DNA from: an uncultured Actinomycetota bacterium
GTDB lineage: Bacteria; Actinomycetota; Actinomycetes; Mycobacteriales; Jatrophihabitantaceae
Length of the DNA stretch: 64,000 nt
Assembly (NCBI GenBank): GCA_963776855.1
Contig: CAVZOC010000006.1
Location: 171,026-235,025 of the forward strand
Direction: 5' to 3'
Position 1 is the first letter of the stretch, and each line of letters opens with the position of its first letter. Of the stretch, positions 38,800 through 48,002 are shown piece after piece. The position numbers and the translations under genes were made by a program. Below the pieces are notes generated by a model, which saw nothing but the letters and a program-made list of their open reading frames with translations, was not told where the DNA came from and made no database searches.

Positions 38800-40076
38800 T
38801 CAGCCCAGCCGGGCGAGCAGCGCCTCGGAGGGAACCGACCAGACGGCGTCGCGCCGCGTGTCCCGGACGATCTGCTGGTCGTTGGTGACGACGACCACCG
38901 GACGCCCCTCCGGCTCGGCCGCCACGAGCCGCCGGATGAGGTCGTCCGCGATCTCGTCGGCGGCGCTGAACAGCACGCGCACTCCCCGCGGAACCGCCGG
39001 CTGCACCGGCGGGCGCCGGTCACCGTCGAAGACCACCGTCACCTCGGCGCCACAGCGGGCGCCCAGGGCCGCAAGGGCGGTGATCAGCCGGCCGCGCTGG
39101 TCGGCCAGCGGGAGGTCCGGGTAGCCGGTCTTGGTGACGTTGTAACCGTCGACGACGAGATGGGCGTTGGGCAGCGTCAGGAGGCCGTCCAGCGCGGCGG
39201 GGTCGTCGACCCGCCGCCCCGCTCCGGACTCCGGAGCGGCCGCGGCGACGGCGTCCGCCGGGCGGACCGAGACAGGCGGCAGCGACAGCTCCCGCCGCAG
39301 TCCCGTCGCCGCCTGCACCACCGTGTCGACCAGCAGCGCCAACCGGGCGTCGTCGACCTCCCGCTGCGTGCGCGCGCTCGGCGCGAAGCGTCGGCGGCCT
39401 GCTCGGCGTCGGCGAGCCGTCCTCGCAGCCGGCGCAGCTCGGTCTCGGCCTCGCCCGTGCGCCGCGCGGCCCGGTCACGCTCGGCGTCCCGCTCCTTCCG
39501 GCCTGCGTCGCGGTCGCGCTCGGCGGCGCGCAGCTCCCTGTTCCGTTCCCGCAGTTCCTGCTGCAGTCCGCTCGCCTGGGCCTCCAGGCGGGTGATCGCC
39601 GCGGCGACGGCCTCGCGGGTGCGGGCCGGCTCGCCCCGGGCCTGCCGGCGCGCCCCGTCCAGTGCCGCGCGCAACGACTCGATCTCGGCGGCCGACCCAC
39701 GCCGCTGCTCCCACGACTCGGCGGCCGCGGTGACGGTGGCCTCCCAGCCGTCCGGCCGCAGCAGGTAGCCGAACACCCGCACGTCGACGGGGTCGGCGGC
39801 CGCCCCGGCGGCCAGATCGGCGGCGCCGGCCGTCGCGGCCTCGGCGACGGCGGCGCGGAAACCCTCATCGCTCTCCAACGCCGCCGCCAGCGCGGTGCCG
39901 CCCAGGCGGGCGCGTTTGGCGGGCGCGAACCGGGCGATGGCCCGCAGCGGCGGGGGGACGTCGTCGGCCGGGAGGCCGGCCACGGCGGCCGCCGCCAGCT
40001 CGACCAGGCGCCGGCGGGCCGGCTCGACGAGGCGTGGTCCCGGCGACTGCCCCGCGCTGCCGTCGCCGTCGGTCAT
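38800..40076 (-). pseudogene. NYN (YacP/Rae1-like) RNase-domain protein, frameshifted at ~39370-39377
   Basis: N-terminal and coiled-coil part runs from ATG 40076. The NYN domain (VVDGYNV, VVFDG, ADDLI, VTND) is in another frame. Removing one GC unit from the (GC)4 tract gives ...SRRARTQREVDDARLALLVD... in frame. Confidence 0.8.
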
Positions 40077-40193
40077 CCGCCCGAGCCTACGGGGGCGGTC
40101 CGAGCGCGCCTGCGTCGTTTCGTCGTACCCCCGACCTAGCTTGCGAGGCATGCACCAGCGACCGTTCCCGCCGGGCCGAGACGGAGTCCGTCC

Positions 40194-41939
40194 ATGACCG
40201 CCGCCGCCCAGCTGAGCTTCGACGAACTCGCCGAGCCGCTGCGGGCGACGACGTTCGTGGTGGTCGACCTGGAGACCACCGGCGGCGCCGCCGGCCGCGA
40301 CGGCATCACCGAGATCGGCGCGGTGAAGGTGCGCGGCGGCGAGATCCTCGGCGAGTTCCAGACCCTCGTCGACCCCGGGCGCTCGATCAGCCCGTACGTC
40401 AGCGTGCTGACCGGCATCACCGACGCCATGGTGGCGGCCGCCCCGCGGGCAGCCACGGTGCTGCCGGCCTTCCTGGAGTTCGCCCGCGGCGCGGTGCTGG
40501 TCGCGCACAACGCCCCCTTCGACATCGGGTTCCTCAAGGCCGCCTGCGCCGAGGTCACGCTGCCGTGGCCCGGGCACGCGGTCGTCGACACCGCGGTGCT
40601 GGCGCGCCGGGTGCTCACCCGCGACGAGGTCCCGAACTGCAAGCTGGCGACCCTTGCTCCGTTCTTCCGGGCCCGGAACCCACCCACCCACCGAGCCCTC
40701 GACGACGCCCGCGCCACCGTCGACGTGCTGCACGGCCTGATCGAACGGCTCGGCCCGCTCGGCGTGCAGTCGCTGCCGGAACTTCGCTCGTTCACCGCCC
40801 AGGTCTCCGACGCCCAGCGGCGCAAGCGTCACCTCGCCGACGGCCTGCCGGCCGCGCCCGGGGTGTACGTCTTCCGCGACGCCCAGGGCAACCCGCTCTA
40901 CGTCGGCACCAGCCGCAATCTCCGGGCCCGGGTGCGGCAGTACTTCGTCTCCAGTGAGACCCGCAGCCGGATGGGCGAGATGGTGGGGCTCGCCGAGCGG
41001 GTGGATCCGGTCGTGTGCGCCCACGCCCTCGAGGCCCAGGTGCGGGAACTGCGCCTGATCGCCGCCCACAAACCGCGCTACAACCGCCGGTCGAAGTTCC
41101 CGGAACGCTCGGTGTGGCTCAAACTCACCGTGGAGGCGTTCCCGCGGCTGTCGATCGTCTCGGACGTCCGCGACGACGGCGCGTCCTACCTGGGGCCGCT
41201 ACGCACCCGACGCCAGGCCGAGACCGTCCGCGACGCGATTCACGACGCGGTGCCCCTGCGGCAGTGCACCGACCGCCTGTCGCTGCGGCGCGTGGTGCGG
41301 GCCGCCTGCCTGCTGGCCGGCATCGGCCGCTGCAGCGCCCCCTGCGAGGGCGGCTCGACCCCGGAGCAGTACGGCGAGCTCGTCGACGTCGTGGCCGCGG
41401 CCTGGCGGGGGGACGTCCGGCCGCTCGTCGCCCCGCTGGAGCGCAGGCTGGCGAGCCTGTCGGCAGCCCAGCGCTACGAGCAGGCGGCGCTCGTGCGCGA
41501 CCGCATCACGACGGTGGTGCGGGCCTGCGCCCGGATGCAGCGGCTATCGGCGCTGCGGGCCATCGGCGAGCTCGTCGCAGGGCGCCCCGACGGCGACGGC
41601 GGGTGGGAACTGTCCGTGATCCGCTCCGGCCGGCTCGTGGCCGCCGGCGTCGCGCCCAGGGGCACCCCGCCGTGGCCGGTCGTCGCGGCGCTGCGCGCCA
41701 CGGCCGAGGCCGTCGACCCGGCCTCGAGGCCGCTGGCCGAGGAGTCCGAGTGCATCCTGCGGTGGCTGGAAGAACCCGGCGCCCGGCTCGTCGACGCCTC
41801 CGATCCGTGGCAGCTGCCCGCCTACGGCGCCGGCGGGCTCACCGCCTACCTCGGCTCCGGCGCCCAGCGGGAGGCGAACCCGTTCGCCGACCGGCGCCGG
41901 CTGCCGCTGGCCGGCCGCCCCGCCCGGGCCGGCCTGTGA
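40194..41939 (+). CDS. DEDD exonuclease (DnaQ-like) fused to GIY-YIG/UvrC-like domain (Rv2191-like)
   Basis: VVDLETTG, AHNAPFD, HRALDDA, PGVYVF...LYVGTSRNLRARV and YEQAALVRD motifs. Confidence 0.92.
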   Translation: MTAAAQLSFDELAEPLRATTFVVVDLETTGGAAGRDGITEIGAVKVRGGEILGEFQTLVDPGRSISPYVSVLTGITDAMVAAAPRAATVLPAFLEFARGAVLVAHNAPFDIGFLKAACAEVTLPWPGHAVVDTAVLARRVLTRDEVPNCKLATLAPFFRARNPPTHRALDDARATVDVLHGLIERLGPLGVQSLPELRSFTAQVSDAQRRKRHLADGLPAAPGVYVFRDAQGNPLYVGTSRNLRARVRQYFVSSETRSRMGEMVGLAERVDPVVCAHALEAQVRELRLIAAHKPRYNRRSKFPERSVWLKLTVEAFPRLSIVSDVRDDGASYLGPLRTRRQAETVRDAIHDAVPLRQCTDRLSLRRVVRAACLLAGIGRCSAPCEGGSTPEQYGELVDVVAAAWRGDVRPLVAPLERRLASLSAAQRYEQAALVRDRITTVVRACARMQRLSALRAIGELVAGRPDGDGGWELSVIRSGRLVAAGVAPRGTPPWPVVAALRATAEAVDPASRPLAEESECILRWLEEPGARLVDASDPWQLPAYGAGGLTAYLGSGAQREANPFADRRRLPLAGRPARAGL

Positions 41940-42022
41940 TGAGCGGGCGCAGCCGGCGGCGATAGTCTCGCGAGCATGCACGAGGCGACACCGTCCCCAG
42001 CCCCGCCGGAGGTGGCACGGCC

Positions 42023-42301
42023 GTGATCACCGCGATCGTCATGGTCACCGTGGAGTCCGACCAGATCCCCGAGGTGGCCGAGCAGATCGCCGGGCTCGAG
42101 GGCGTCTCGGAGGTCTACTCCGTCGCCGGCGACGTCGATCTGGTGGTCATCGTCCGGGTCCGCGAGTTCGACGCCATCGCAGACGTCATCGCCGGACGGC
42201 TGTCGAAGGTGCCCGGCGTCGTCCACACCGACAGCCACATCGCGTTCCGCGCCTACAGCCGGCACGACCTGGAGAGCACCTTCAACATCGGTCTGGACTG
42301 A
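42023..42301 (+). CDS. Lrp/AsnC ligand-binding-domain protein (no HTH)
   Basis: VSEVYSVAGDVDLVVIVRV...VPGVVHTDSHIAF. Confidence 0.88.
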   Translation: MITAIVMVTVESDQIPEVAEQIAGLEGVSEVYSVAGDVDLVVIVRVREFDAIADVIAGRLSKVPGVVHTDSHIAFRAYSRHDLESTFNIGLD

Positions 42302-42326
42302 GGTCTCCCGCGGTCTCCCGCGGTGG

Positions 42327-43451
42327 TCACTCGTTGATCCGGGCCAGCCACCGGTTGTAGGCCTCGCGGGCGTCGTCGTCGGTGTCGATCGAGGTCTCGT
42401 CCGGCTCCTCCGCGCCCGTGTGGTTGGTGAACGCGGCCGTGCGGGCCTGCTCCAGCCACCCGCGATCCGGTTGGGCCAGGTCGACGGTGCGGAGCCAGCC
42501 GATGACGAGCCCGATCATGATGACGGCCATGATGGCGTCGCCGCCGAACCACATGATCGCCCCGCCGGCGCGGGTGTCGGCCAGCGTGTTGCCGTTCAGC
42601 GCCGAGGGCAGGACGCTCACCGGCGTCGTCTGCTGCATCAGGATCACGCCGGTGAAGGTGTCGACGGCCATCGCGAGCGCGAGCAGCAGCCAGCGCGCCG
42701 GCGAACCCAGCCGCCAGCGGATCGGTTCGTCCCCGACGACGAGGAGGAAGAACTGGCAGCCCGCGACCAGGTAGACGAGGTGCTCGACCTGACCGGCCCA
42801 GGTGTTGCGCATGACCAGGCCCATCAGGCCGGTGAGGTGGCTGCCCACGATCACGACGGTGTAGGACGCCAGCACCACCGGGGGCGCGCTGAGCACCGAC
42901 ACCACCGGGCCCCGCAGCAGCCGGGCGGCCCGCTCCCGGCGCCGCGGCGGCAGCGCGGCCAGCAGCAGCTGCAGCGGCCGCCCCCACATGAGCAACGCCG
43001 GTGCGATCATCACCAGCGCCAGGTGCCCGGCCATGTGGGCGGTGAACAGGACCTGGTCGTAGACCGCGATGCTGCCGTTGGTCGCGAAGGCGGCCACGGC
43101 CAGGCCGGCGAGGAACGAGGCGGTGTGGGCGGCCGGCCACCTGGCGTCGGGGCTGCGCCGCGGCACCAGCGCCACGCCGGTCAGATACACGGCCGCCATC
43201 AGCACGAGCACGGCCACGGCGGTGGCGTCGAGGTGCCACGCGGTGAGCAGTACCTCGTGCATCGGACGGCTCGGCACGCCGGCCCCGCCACGGGCGAAGG
43301 CGTCGGCGGTGGTGGAGCCGGCCATCCCGGTCATCCCGTGGTGGCCGCCGGAGGACAGGAAGTACGCGACCGCAACCCCGAGTCCGGCCAGCGCCGCGAC
43401 CGCCAGGGCCCACGCCGCGAGGGCCAGCCGGGGTATCCGGGAATCCTGCAC
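42327..43451 (-). CDS. ctaG: Cytochrome c oxidase assembly protein (Caa3 CtaG-like)
   Basis: [22 protein letters not shown] and [10 protein letters not shown] motifs; multi-TM. Start GTG 43451 inferred. Confidence 0.8.
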   Translation of the reverse strand: MQDSRIPRLALAAWALAVAALAGLGVAVAYFLSSGGHHGMTGMAGSTTADAFARGGAGVPSRPMHEVLLTAWHLDATAVAVLVLMAAVYLTGVALVPRRSPDARWPAAHTASFLAGLAVAAFATNGSIAVYDQVLFTAHMAGHLALVMIAPALLMWGRPLQLLLAALPPRRRERAARLLRGPVVSVLSAPPVVLASYTVVIVGSHLTGLMGLVMRNTWAGQVEHLVYLVAGCQFFLLVVGDEPIRWRLGSPARWLLLALAMAVDTFTGVILMQQTTPVSVLPSALNGNTLADTRAGGAIMWFGGDAIMAVIMIGLVIGWLRTVDLAQPDRGWLEQARTAAFTNHTGAEEPDETSIDTDDDAREAYNRWLARINE

Positions 43452-43488
43452 GCCACCATTATCCGCCTCCCGGCGGCGGGCCGGGGGT

Positions 43489-44547
43489 TCAGGTCCGCGC
43501 AGCGCGGCTGGCCCCGACCCAGTGATCGAGCAGCGCGGCGGCGGCGCCGGAGTCGACGGCCTCGGCCGCCAGGCGCAGCCCGCGGCGCAGGGCATCGGTG
43601 AGCGAATCGGCGTCGACGTCGGCCAGCCCGTCGAAGGCGGCGACGGCCGCGGCCGCGTTGAGCAGGACCGCGTCGCGGAACCCCGCACCGCGGCCGGCCA
43701 GCAGCTCCCGGACGGCGTGGGCGTTGACCACCCGATCGCCGCCCCGCAGCGCCTCGGCCGGGACGGGGGCTATGCCGAGGTCGCCGGGGTCGACCGCCGT
43801 CTCGGTGACCCGCCCGCCGGCGGCGATCCAGACCCGCGACGTGGTGGTGGTGGTGAGCTCGTCGAGGCCGTCGTCGCCCCGGAAGACGAGGGCGGAGTCA
43901 CCCCGCTCGGCGAGCACCGCGGCCATCACCGGCGCCATCGCCGGGTCGGCGCAGCCGATGGCGGCGGCGCGGACCCGGGCGGGGTTGGTGAGCGGGCCGA
44001 GGAAGTTGAAGGCGGTGGGGACGCCGAGGTCGGCCCGGACCGGCCCGGCGTGGCGCATGCCGGGGTGGAACACCGGGGCGAAACAGAACCCGATCCCGAC
44101 CTCGGCCACCGTGCGGGCGATGCCCTGCGGCGGCAGGTCGATCACGACCCCGAGTTCCTCGAGCACGTCGGCGGCGCCGCAGGCGGAGGTGGCGGCCCGG
44201 TTGCCGTGCTTGACCACCCGCCGTCCGGACCCGGCCACCACCAGCGAGGCCATGGTGGAGATGTTGACCGTGTGCGCCCGGTCGGCGCCGGTGCCCACCA
44301 CGTCCACCGCCCGACCCGGGAGGTCCAGCGGGGTGGCCCGGTCGAGCATCGTCCGCACCAGCCCGGCCAGCTCGGCCGGCGTCTCGCCCTTCGAGCGCAG
44401 CAGCACCGCGAAGGCGGCCAACCGGGCCGGCGAGGCGTTGCCGGCCATGATCTCGTCCATGGCCCACGACGTGTCGTCGGCCTCGAGCGCCTCCCCGGCG
44501 CTCAGCGTGGACAGCACGTCGGGCCAGCTGCGACCCGCGCCGGTCAT
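43489..44547 (-). CDS. trpD: Anthranilate phosphoribosyltransferase
   Basis: [33 protein letters not shown] and DGLDE motifs. Confidence 0.95.
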   Translation of the reverse strand: MTGAGRSWPDVLSTLSAGEALEADDTSWAMDEIMAGNASPARLAAFAVLLRSKGETPAELAGLVRTMLDRATPLDLPGRAVDVVGTGADRAHTVNISTMASLVVAGSGRRVVKHGNRAATSACGAADVLEELGVVIDLPPQGIARTVAEVGIGFCFAPVFHPGMRHAGPVRADLGVPTAFNFLGPLTNPARVRAAAIGCADPAMAPVMAAVLAERGDSALVFRGDDGLDELTTTTTSRVWIAAGGRVTETAVDPGDLGIAPVPAEALRGGDRVVNAHAVRELLAGRGAGFRDAVLLNAAAAVAAFDGLADVDADSLTDALRRGLRLAAEAVDSGAAAALLDHWVGASRAART

Positions 44548-44553
44548 CCCTCG

Positions 44554-44988
44554 CTACCGGACGACGGGGATGTCGCTGCGCCGCCGGCGCAACTGTTCGG
44601 CCACCACGGCGGCGCTCTCGACCGGATCGATCGGTGTGTTGATCACGGCGTCGGCCAGCGACCAGCTCGCCAGCCACCCGTCCTGCCGCCGGGCGATGAG
44701 CACGACGATCGGCGGGCAGTCGTCGAGCTCGAACTTGAACTGGCGCGACAGCCCCATCCCCCCGGTCGGCTGCGCCTCACCGTCGAGGATCGCGACGTCG
44801 ATACCGCCCTGGTCCAACTCCCGGATGACGTCGGCGTTGGTGGCGCACTCGACCCAGTCGATGCGACCGGTATCCGGCGCGGGGCGGCGCCCGACAGCGG
44901 TGCGCAGCCGCGACCGGACGTCCGCCGAGTTGCTGTACACCAGCACCGACACCCGCTCCGGCGCGGCGGAGGTTTCCTGGCCCGACAT
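44554..44988 (-). CDS. Stand-alone atypical receiver-domain protein
   Basis: [25 protein letters not shown] and DGWLASWS pattern of the family found next to ctaE. Confidence 0.8.
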   Translation of the reverse strand: MSGQETSAAPERVSVLVYSNSADVRSRLRTAVGRRPAPDTGRIDWVECATNADVIRELDQGGIDVAILDGEAQPTGGMGLSRQFKFELDDCPPIVVLIARRQDGWLASWSLADAVINTPIDPVESAAVVAEQLRRRRSDIPVVR

Positions 44989-45174
44989 CGCTTTTTTGGC
45001 CCCTTGCTGTCGACGACTGCGCCGATCGTATCGACCGGCGGCCCGGCCGCCCTCCGGGGCCGCCCCGGCGGCCCGCCGGCCGCGGCGCTCGTCGAACAAC
45101 AGTCCGAACAACTGTGCCGCCAAATCTGCCACCCCGGCTGCCCGAGCGGCAGCGTCGCGAGGCACAATGCTCAC

Positions 45175-45798
45175 GTGACATCCACAGCCACGGCGTCCAG
45201 CTTCGACTCGAGCCGGGTGCATTCGCTGACCAGACCGAACATCGTCAGTGTCGGGACCATCGTGTGGCTCTCGAGCGAGCTGATGTTCTTCGCCGGACTG
45301 TTCGCGATGTACTTCACGGTGCGGTCGGTGCACGGCAGCAACTGGCCGATGAAGCTGCCCGACGGCGAGCAGATCAAGCTGGATGTCACCTACGCCGTAC
45401 CGTTCACCGTGATCCTCGTGGCCTCCAGCTTCACCTGCCAGTGGGGCGTGTTCGCGGCCGAGCGGGGGGACGTCTTCAAGCTGCGCCGCTGGTTCGTCAT
45501 CACCTTCCTGATGGGCCTGATCTTCGTGCTCGGCCAGGCGAACGAGTTCCGGATGTCGATCGCCGAGGGCGACACCATCTCCGCCACCGGATACGGCTCG
45601 GTGTTCTACATCACCACCGGCTTCCACGGCCTGCACGTGATCGCCGGGCTCGTCGCCTTCATCCTCTTTCTGATCCGAACCACCCTGGGGAAGTTCACCC
45701 CGGCCCAAGCCACCGCCGCGATCGTCGTCTCCTACTACTGGCACTTCGTCGACGTAGTCTGGATCGGGCTGTTCGCGGTGATTTACCTGATTCAGTGA
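45175..45798 (+). CDS. ctaE: Cytochrome aa3 oxidase subunit III
   Basis: [21 protein letters not shown] and [10 protein letters not shown] motifs. CACAAT sits 6 nt before the GTG. Confidence 0.95.
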   Translation: MTSTATASSFDSSRVHSLTRPNIVSVGTIVWLSSELMFFAGLFAMYFTVRSVHGSNWPMKLPDGEQIKLDVTYAVPFTVILVASSFTCQWGVFAAERGDVFKLRRWFVITFLMGLIFVLGQANEFRMSIAEGDTISATGYGSVFYITTGFHGLHVIAGLVAFILFLIRTTLGKFTPAQATAAIVVSYYWHFVDVVWIGLFAVIYLIQ

Positions 45799-45847
45799 TC
45801 GATCCGACGATCGACACGGACCACCCGCAGAACCGAAGGGGTAGGCC

Positions 45848-46789
45848 TTGAACGACGACGACCTCGACGCAGCCTCGGAGGACACAGCCTCGGAGGACAC
45901 AGCCTCGGAGCTCGGCTTCGAGCCGGCGGTGTCGGCCACCGGCACCGAGGGTGCCGACGGCTCCGCCGCCGTCGACGGCGCGTCCCCCCGCCGCAACCGG
46001 CGGGCCCTCGCCGTGGCGGGCGGGCTGCGCCGCAAGCTCGGAGCGACCGTCGTCCTGCTCGGCGCGCTGGCGGCGATGGGCGGCGGGTACGCCGCGTTCG
46101 CCACCTCGTCCGGTGCCGCCCCGACCACCTCCACGGCCGATCAGGCCGCCGCCGGCAAGGGCATCTACGAGAACACCTGCATCACCTGTCACGGCGACCA
46201 CCTGCAGGGCGTGGTCGGGCAGGGTCCGTCGCTGCTCGGGGTCGGCAGCGCCGCCGTCTACTTCCAGGTCTCCACCGGTCGCATGCCGCTGGGGGCGCAG
46301 GGCGCCTACGCCCCGCAGGGCCAGGTCAAGTTCGACGAGAAGCAGATCGAGCAGCTCGGGGCCTACGTCGAGGCCATGGGCGGCGGGCCGTCCATTCCGG
46401 AGGGACGGCTACGCAGCAGCAGCGCGGCGCTGGGCCAGGGCGGCGAGCTGTTCCGCCTCAACTGCGCCCAGTGCCACGGCGCCACCGGCGCCGGCGCCCC
46501 GCTGAGCGCCGGCAAGGTCGCGCCCTCGATTCGCAAGGCCACCGACAAGCAGATCTACGCCGCGATGCTGACCGGCCCCGGGAACATGCCGGTCTTCAGC
46601 GACAACAGCGTCACCCCGGCCGAGAAGCGCTCGATCATCAGCTACATCCAGGCGCTGCACGCCAGCGCGGACCCGGGCGGCGCCGGCATCGACCGCATCG
46701 GCCCGGCCTCCGAGGCCGTCGTCATCTGGGTGGCCGGGGTCGGCGCGCTCATGATTGCGATCCTCTGGATCGGGGCGCGCGAACGATGA
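45848..46789 (+). CDS. qcrC: Cytochrome bcc diheme c subunit
   Basis: CITCH and CAQCH heme sites with flanking TM helices. The exact start is uncertain. Confidence 0.93.
   Translation: MNDDDLDAASEDTASEDTASELGFEPAVSATGTEGADGSAAVDGASPRRNRRALAVAGGLRRKLGATVVLLGALAAMGGGYAAFATSSGAAPTTSTADQAAAGKGIYENTCITCHGDHLQGVVGQGPSLLGVGSAAVYFQVSTGRMPLGAQGAYAPQGQVKFDEKQIEQLGAYVEAMGGGPSIPEGRLRSSSAALGQGGELFRLNCAQCHGATGAGAPLSAGKVAPSIRKATDKQIYAAMLTGPGNMPVFSDNSVTPAEKRSIISYIQALHASADPGGAGIDRIGPASEAVVIWVAGVGALMIAILWIGARER
45871..45910 (+). repeat. In-frame 15-bp tandem repeat (ASEDT x2 + ASE)
   Basis: AGCCTCGGAGGACAC twice plus AGCCTCGGAG. Confidence 0.85.
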
Positions 46790-46850
46790 CCCGGACCGTC
46801 CAGATTCTGACACCGTCGGCAACCCGGCAGCGGGACACGAGGAGGCCGCA

Positions 46851-48002
46851 GTGACGACGACCCACGAGGAGCCGTCGGCCGAGAGCTCGCACGCCGGCGG
46901 ACGCCAGCCGCTCTCCGCCGAGGACCTCCGGCAGATGTCCGCCGAGGAGGTGATGATCGCCGGCGCCGAGGCCGACGACATCCACATCGTCCACCGGCGG
47001 CACCGGTTCCCCGTTCCCGGGACGAAGGCCGAGAAGCGCGCCGAGCGGGCCGTCGCGGCCTGCTTCGCGATCTCCGCGCTCGCCGGCGTCGGGTTCGTCG
47101 TCGCGTTCGTGGCGATCCCGTTCAAGTGGCACCTGCCCGGCACGCCGCAGACCTTCCGGTTCTTCACCCCGGCACTCGGCGGCACCATCGCCCTCATGCT
47201 GCTGTTCATGGGCATCGGCATGGTGCTCTGGGCCAAGTGGCTCATGCCCGAGGAAGAGGTCATCCAGGACCGGCACGACGAGCCCACCTCCGAAGAGGAC
47301 AACCTCATCATCGAGGCCTCTCTGGTGACCGGCTACGAGGACACCGGCCTCCCCCGTCGCTCGCTGCTGCTGAAGACGCTCGGTCTCGCCGGAGGCGCCA
47401 TCGCCACCGTGCCGCTGGTCGCGATCGTCGGCGGCATGATCAAGTCACCGGGCGATCTGCTGTTCCACACCATGTTTCAGCGGAACAAGAAGCTGTTTCC
47501 CGAGACCGGGGGCCGCGTCCCGCTGGTGCTGGAGAACTTCGAACGGGTCGGCCCCGGCGACCTCGAGCCCGGCGGACTGCTGACCGTCTTCCCGGGGGTG
47601 CGGCACCCGGTCGAGGGCTTCGACAAGAACGGCGTCGAGGACGTCTCCTCCCCCACCCTGCTGATCCGGCTGCGTCCGGGGCAGAAGATCCAGCCGCTGC
47701 CCGGCCAGGCGAAGTTCGGCTGGCCGCCCGAGGACCCCGAGTACGTCGCCTTCTCCAAGATCTGCACCCACGCCGGCTGCCCGGCCTCGCTGTACGAGCA
47801 GCAGACCTCACGCATCCTGTGCCCCTGCCACCAGTCGCAGTTCGAGGTTCTCAAGGACGCGACCCCGGTTTTCGGTCCCGCGGCGCGTCCCCTGCCGAAG
47901 TTGCCACTCACGGTGGTCACCGATGCCGACGGCGCGCAGTACTTCGTCGCCGACCGTGACTATCCTGAGCCTGTTGGCCCGTCGTTCTGGGAGCGGCCAT
48001 GA
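46851..48002 (+). CDS. qcrA: Cytochrome bcc Rieske subunit
   Basis: CTHAGC and CPCHQS Rieske ligands with three TM helices. GAGGAGG precedes GTG 46851. Confidence 0.93.
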   Translation: MTTTHEEPSAESSHAGGRQPLSAEDLRQMSAEEVMIAGAEADDIHIVHRRHRFPVPGTKAEKRAERAVAACFAISALAGVGFVVAFVAIPFKWHLPGTPQTFRFFTPALGGTIALMLLFMGIGMVLWAKWLMPEEEVIQDRHDEPTSEEDNLIIEASLVTGYEDTGLPRRSLLLKTLGLAGGAIATVPLVAIVGGMIKSPGDLLFHTMFQRNKKLFPETGGRVPLVLENFERVGPGDLEPGGLLTVFPGVRHPVEGFDKNGVEDVSSPTLLIRLRPGQKIQPLPGQAKFGWPPEDPEYVAFSKICTHAGCPASLYEQQTSRILCPCHQSQFEVLKDATPVFGPAARPLPKLPLTVVTDADGAQYFVADRDYPEPVGPSFWERP

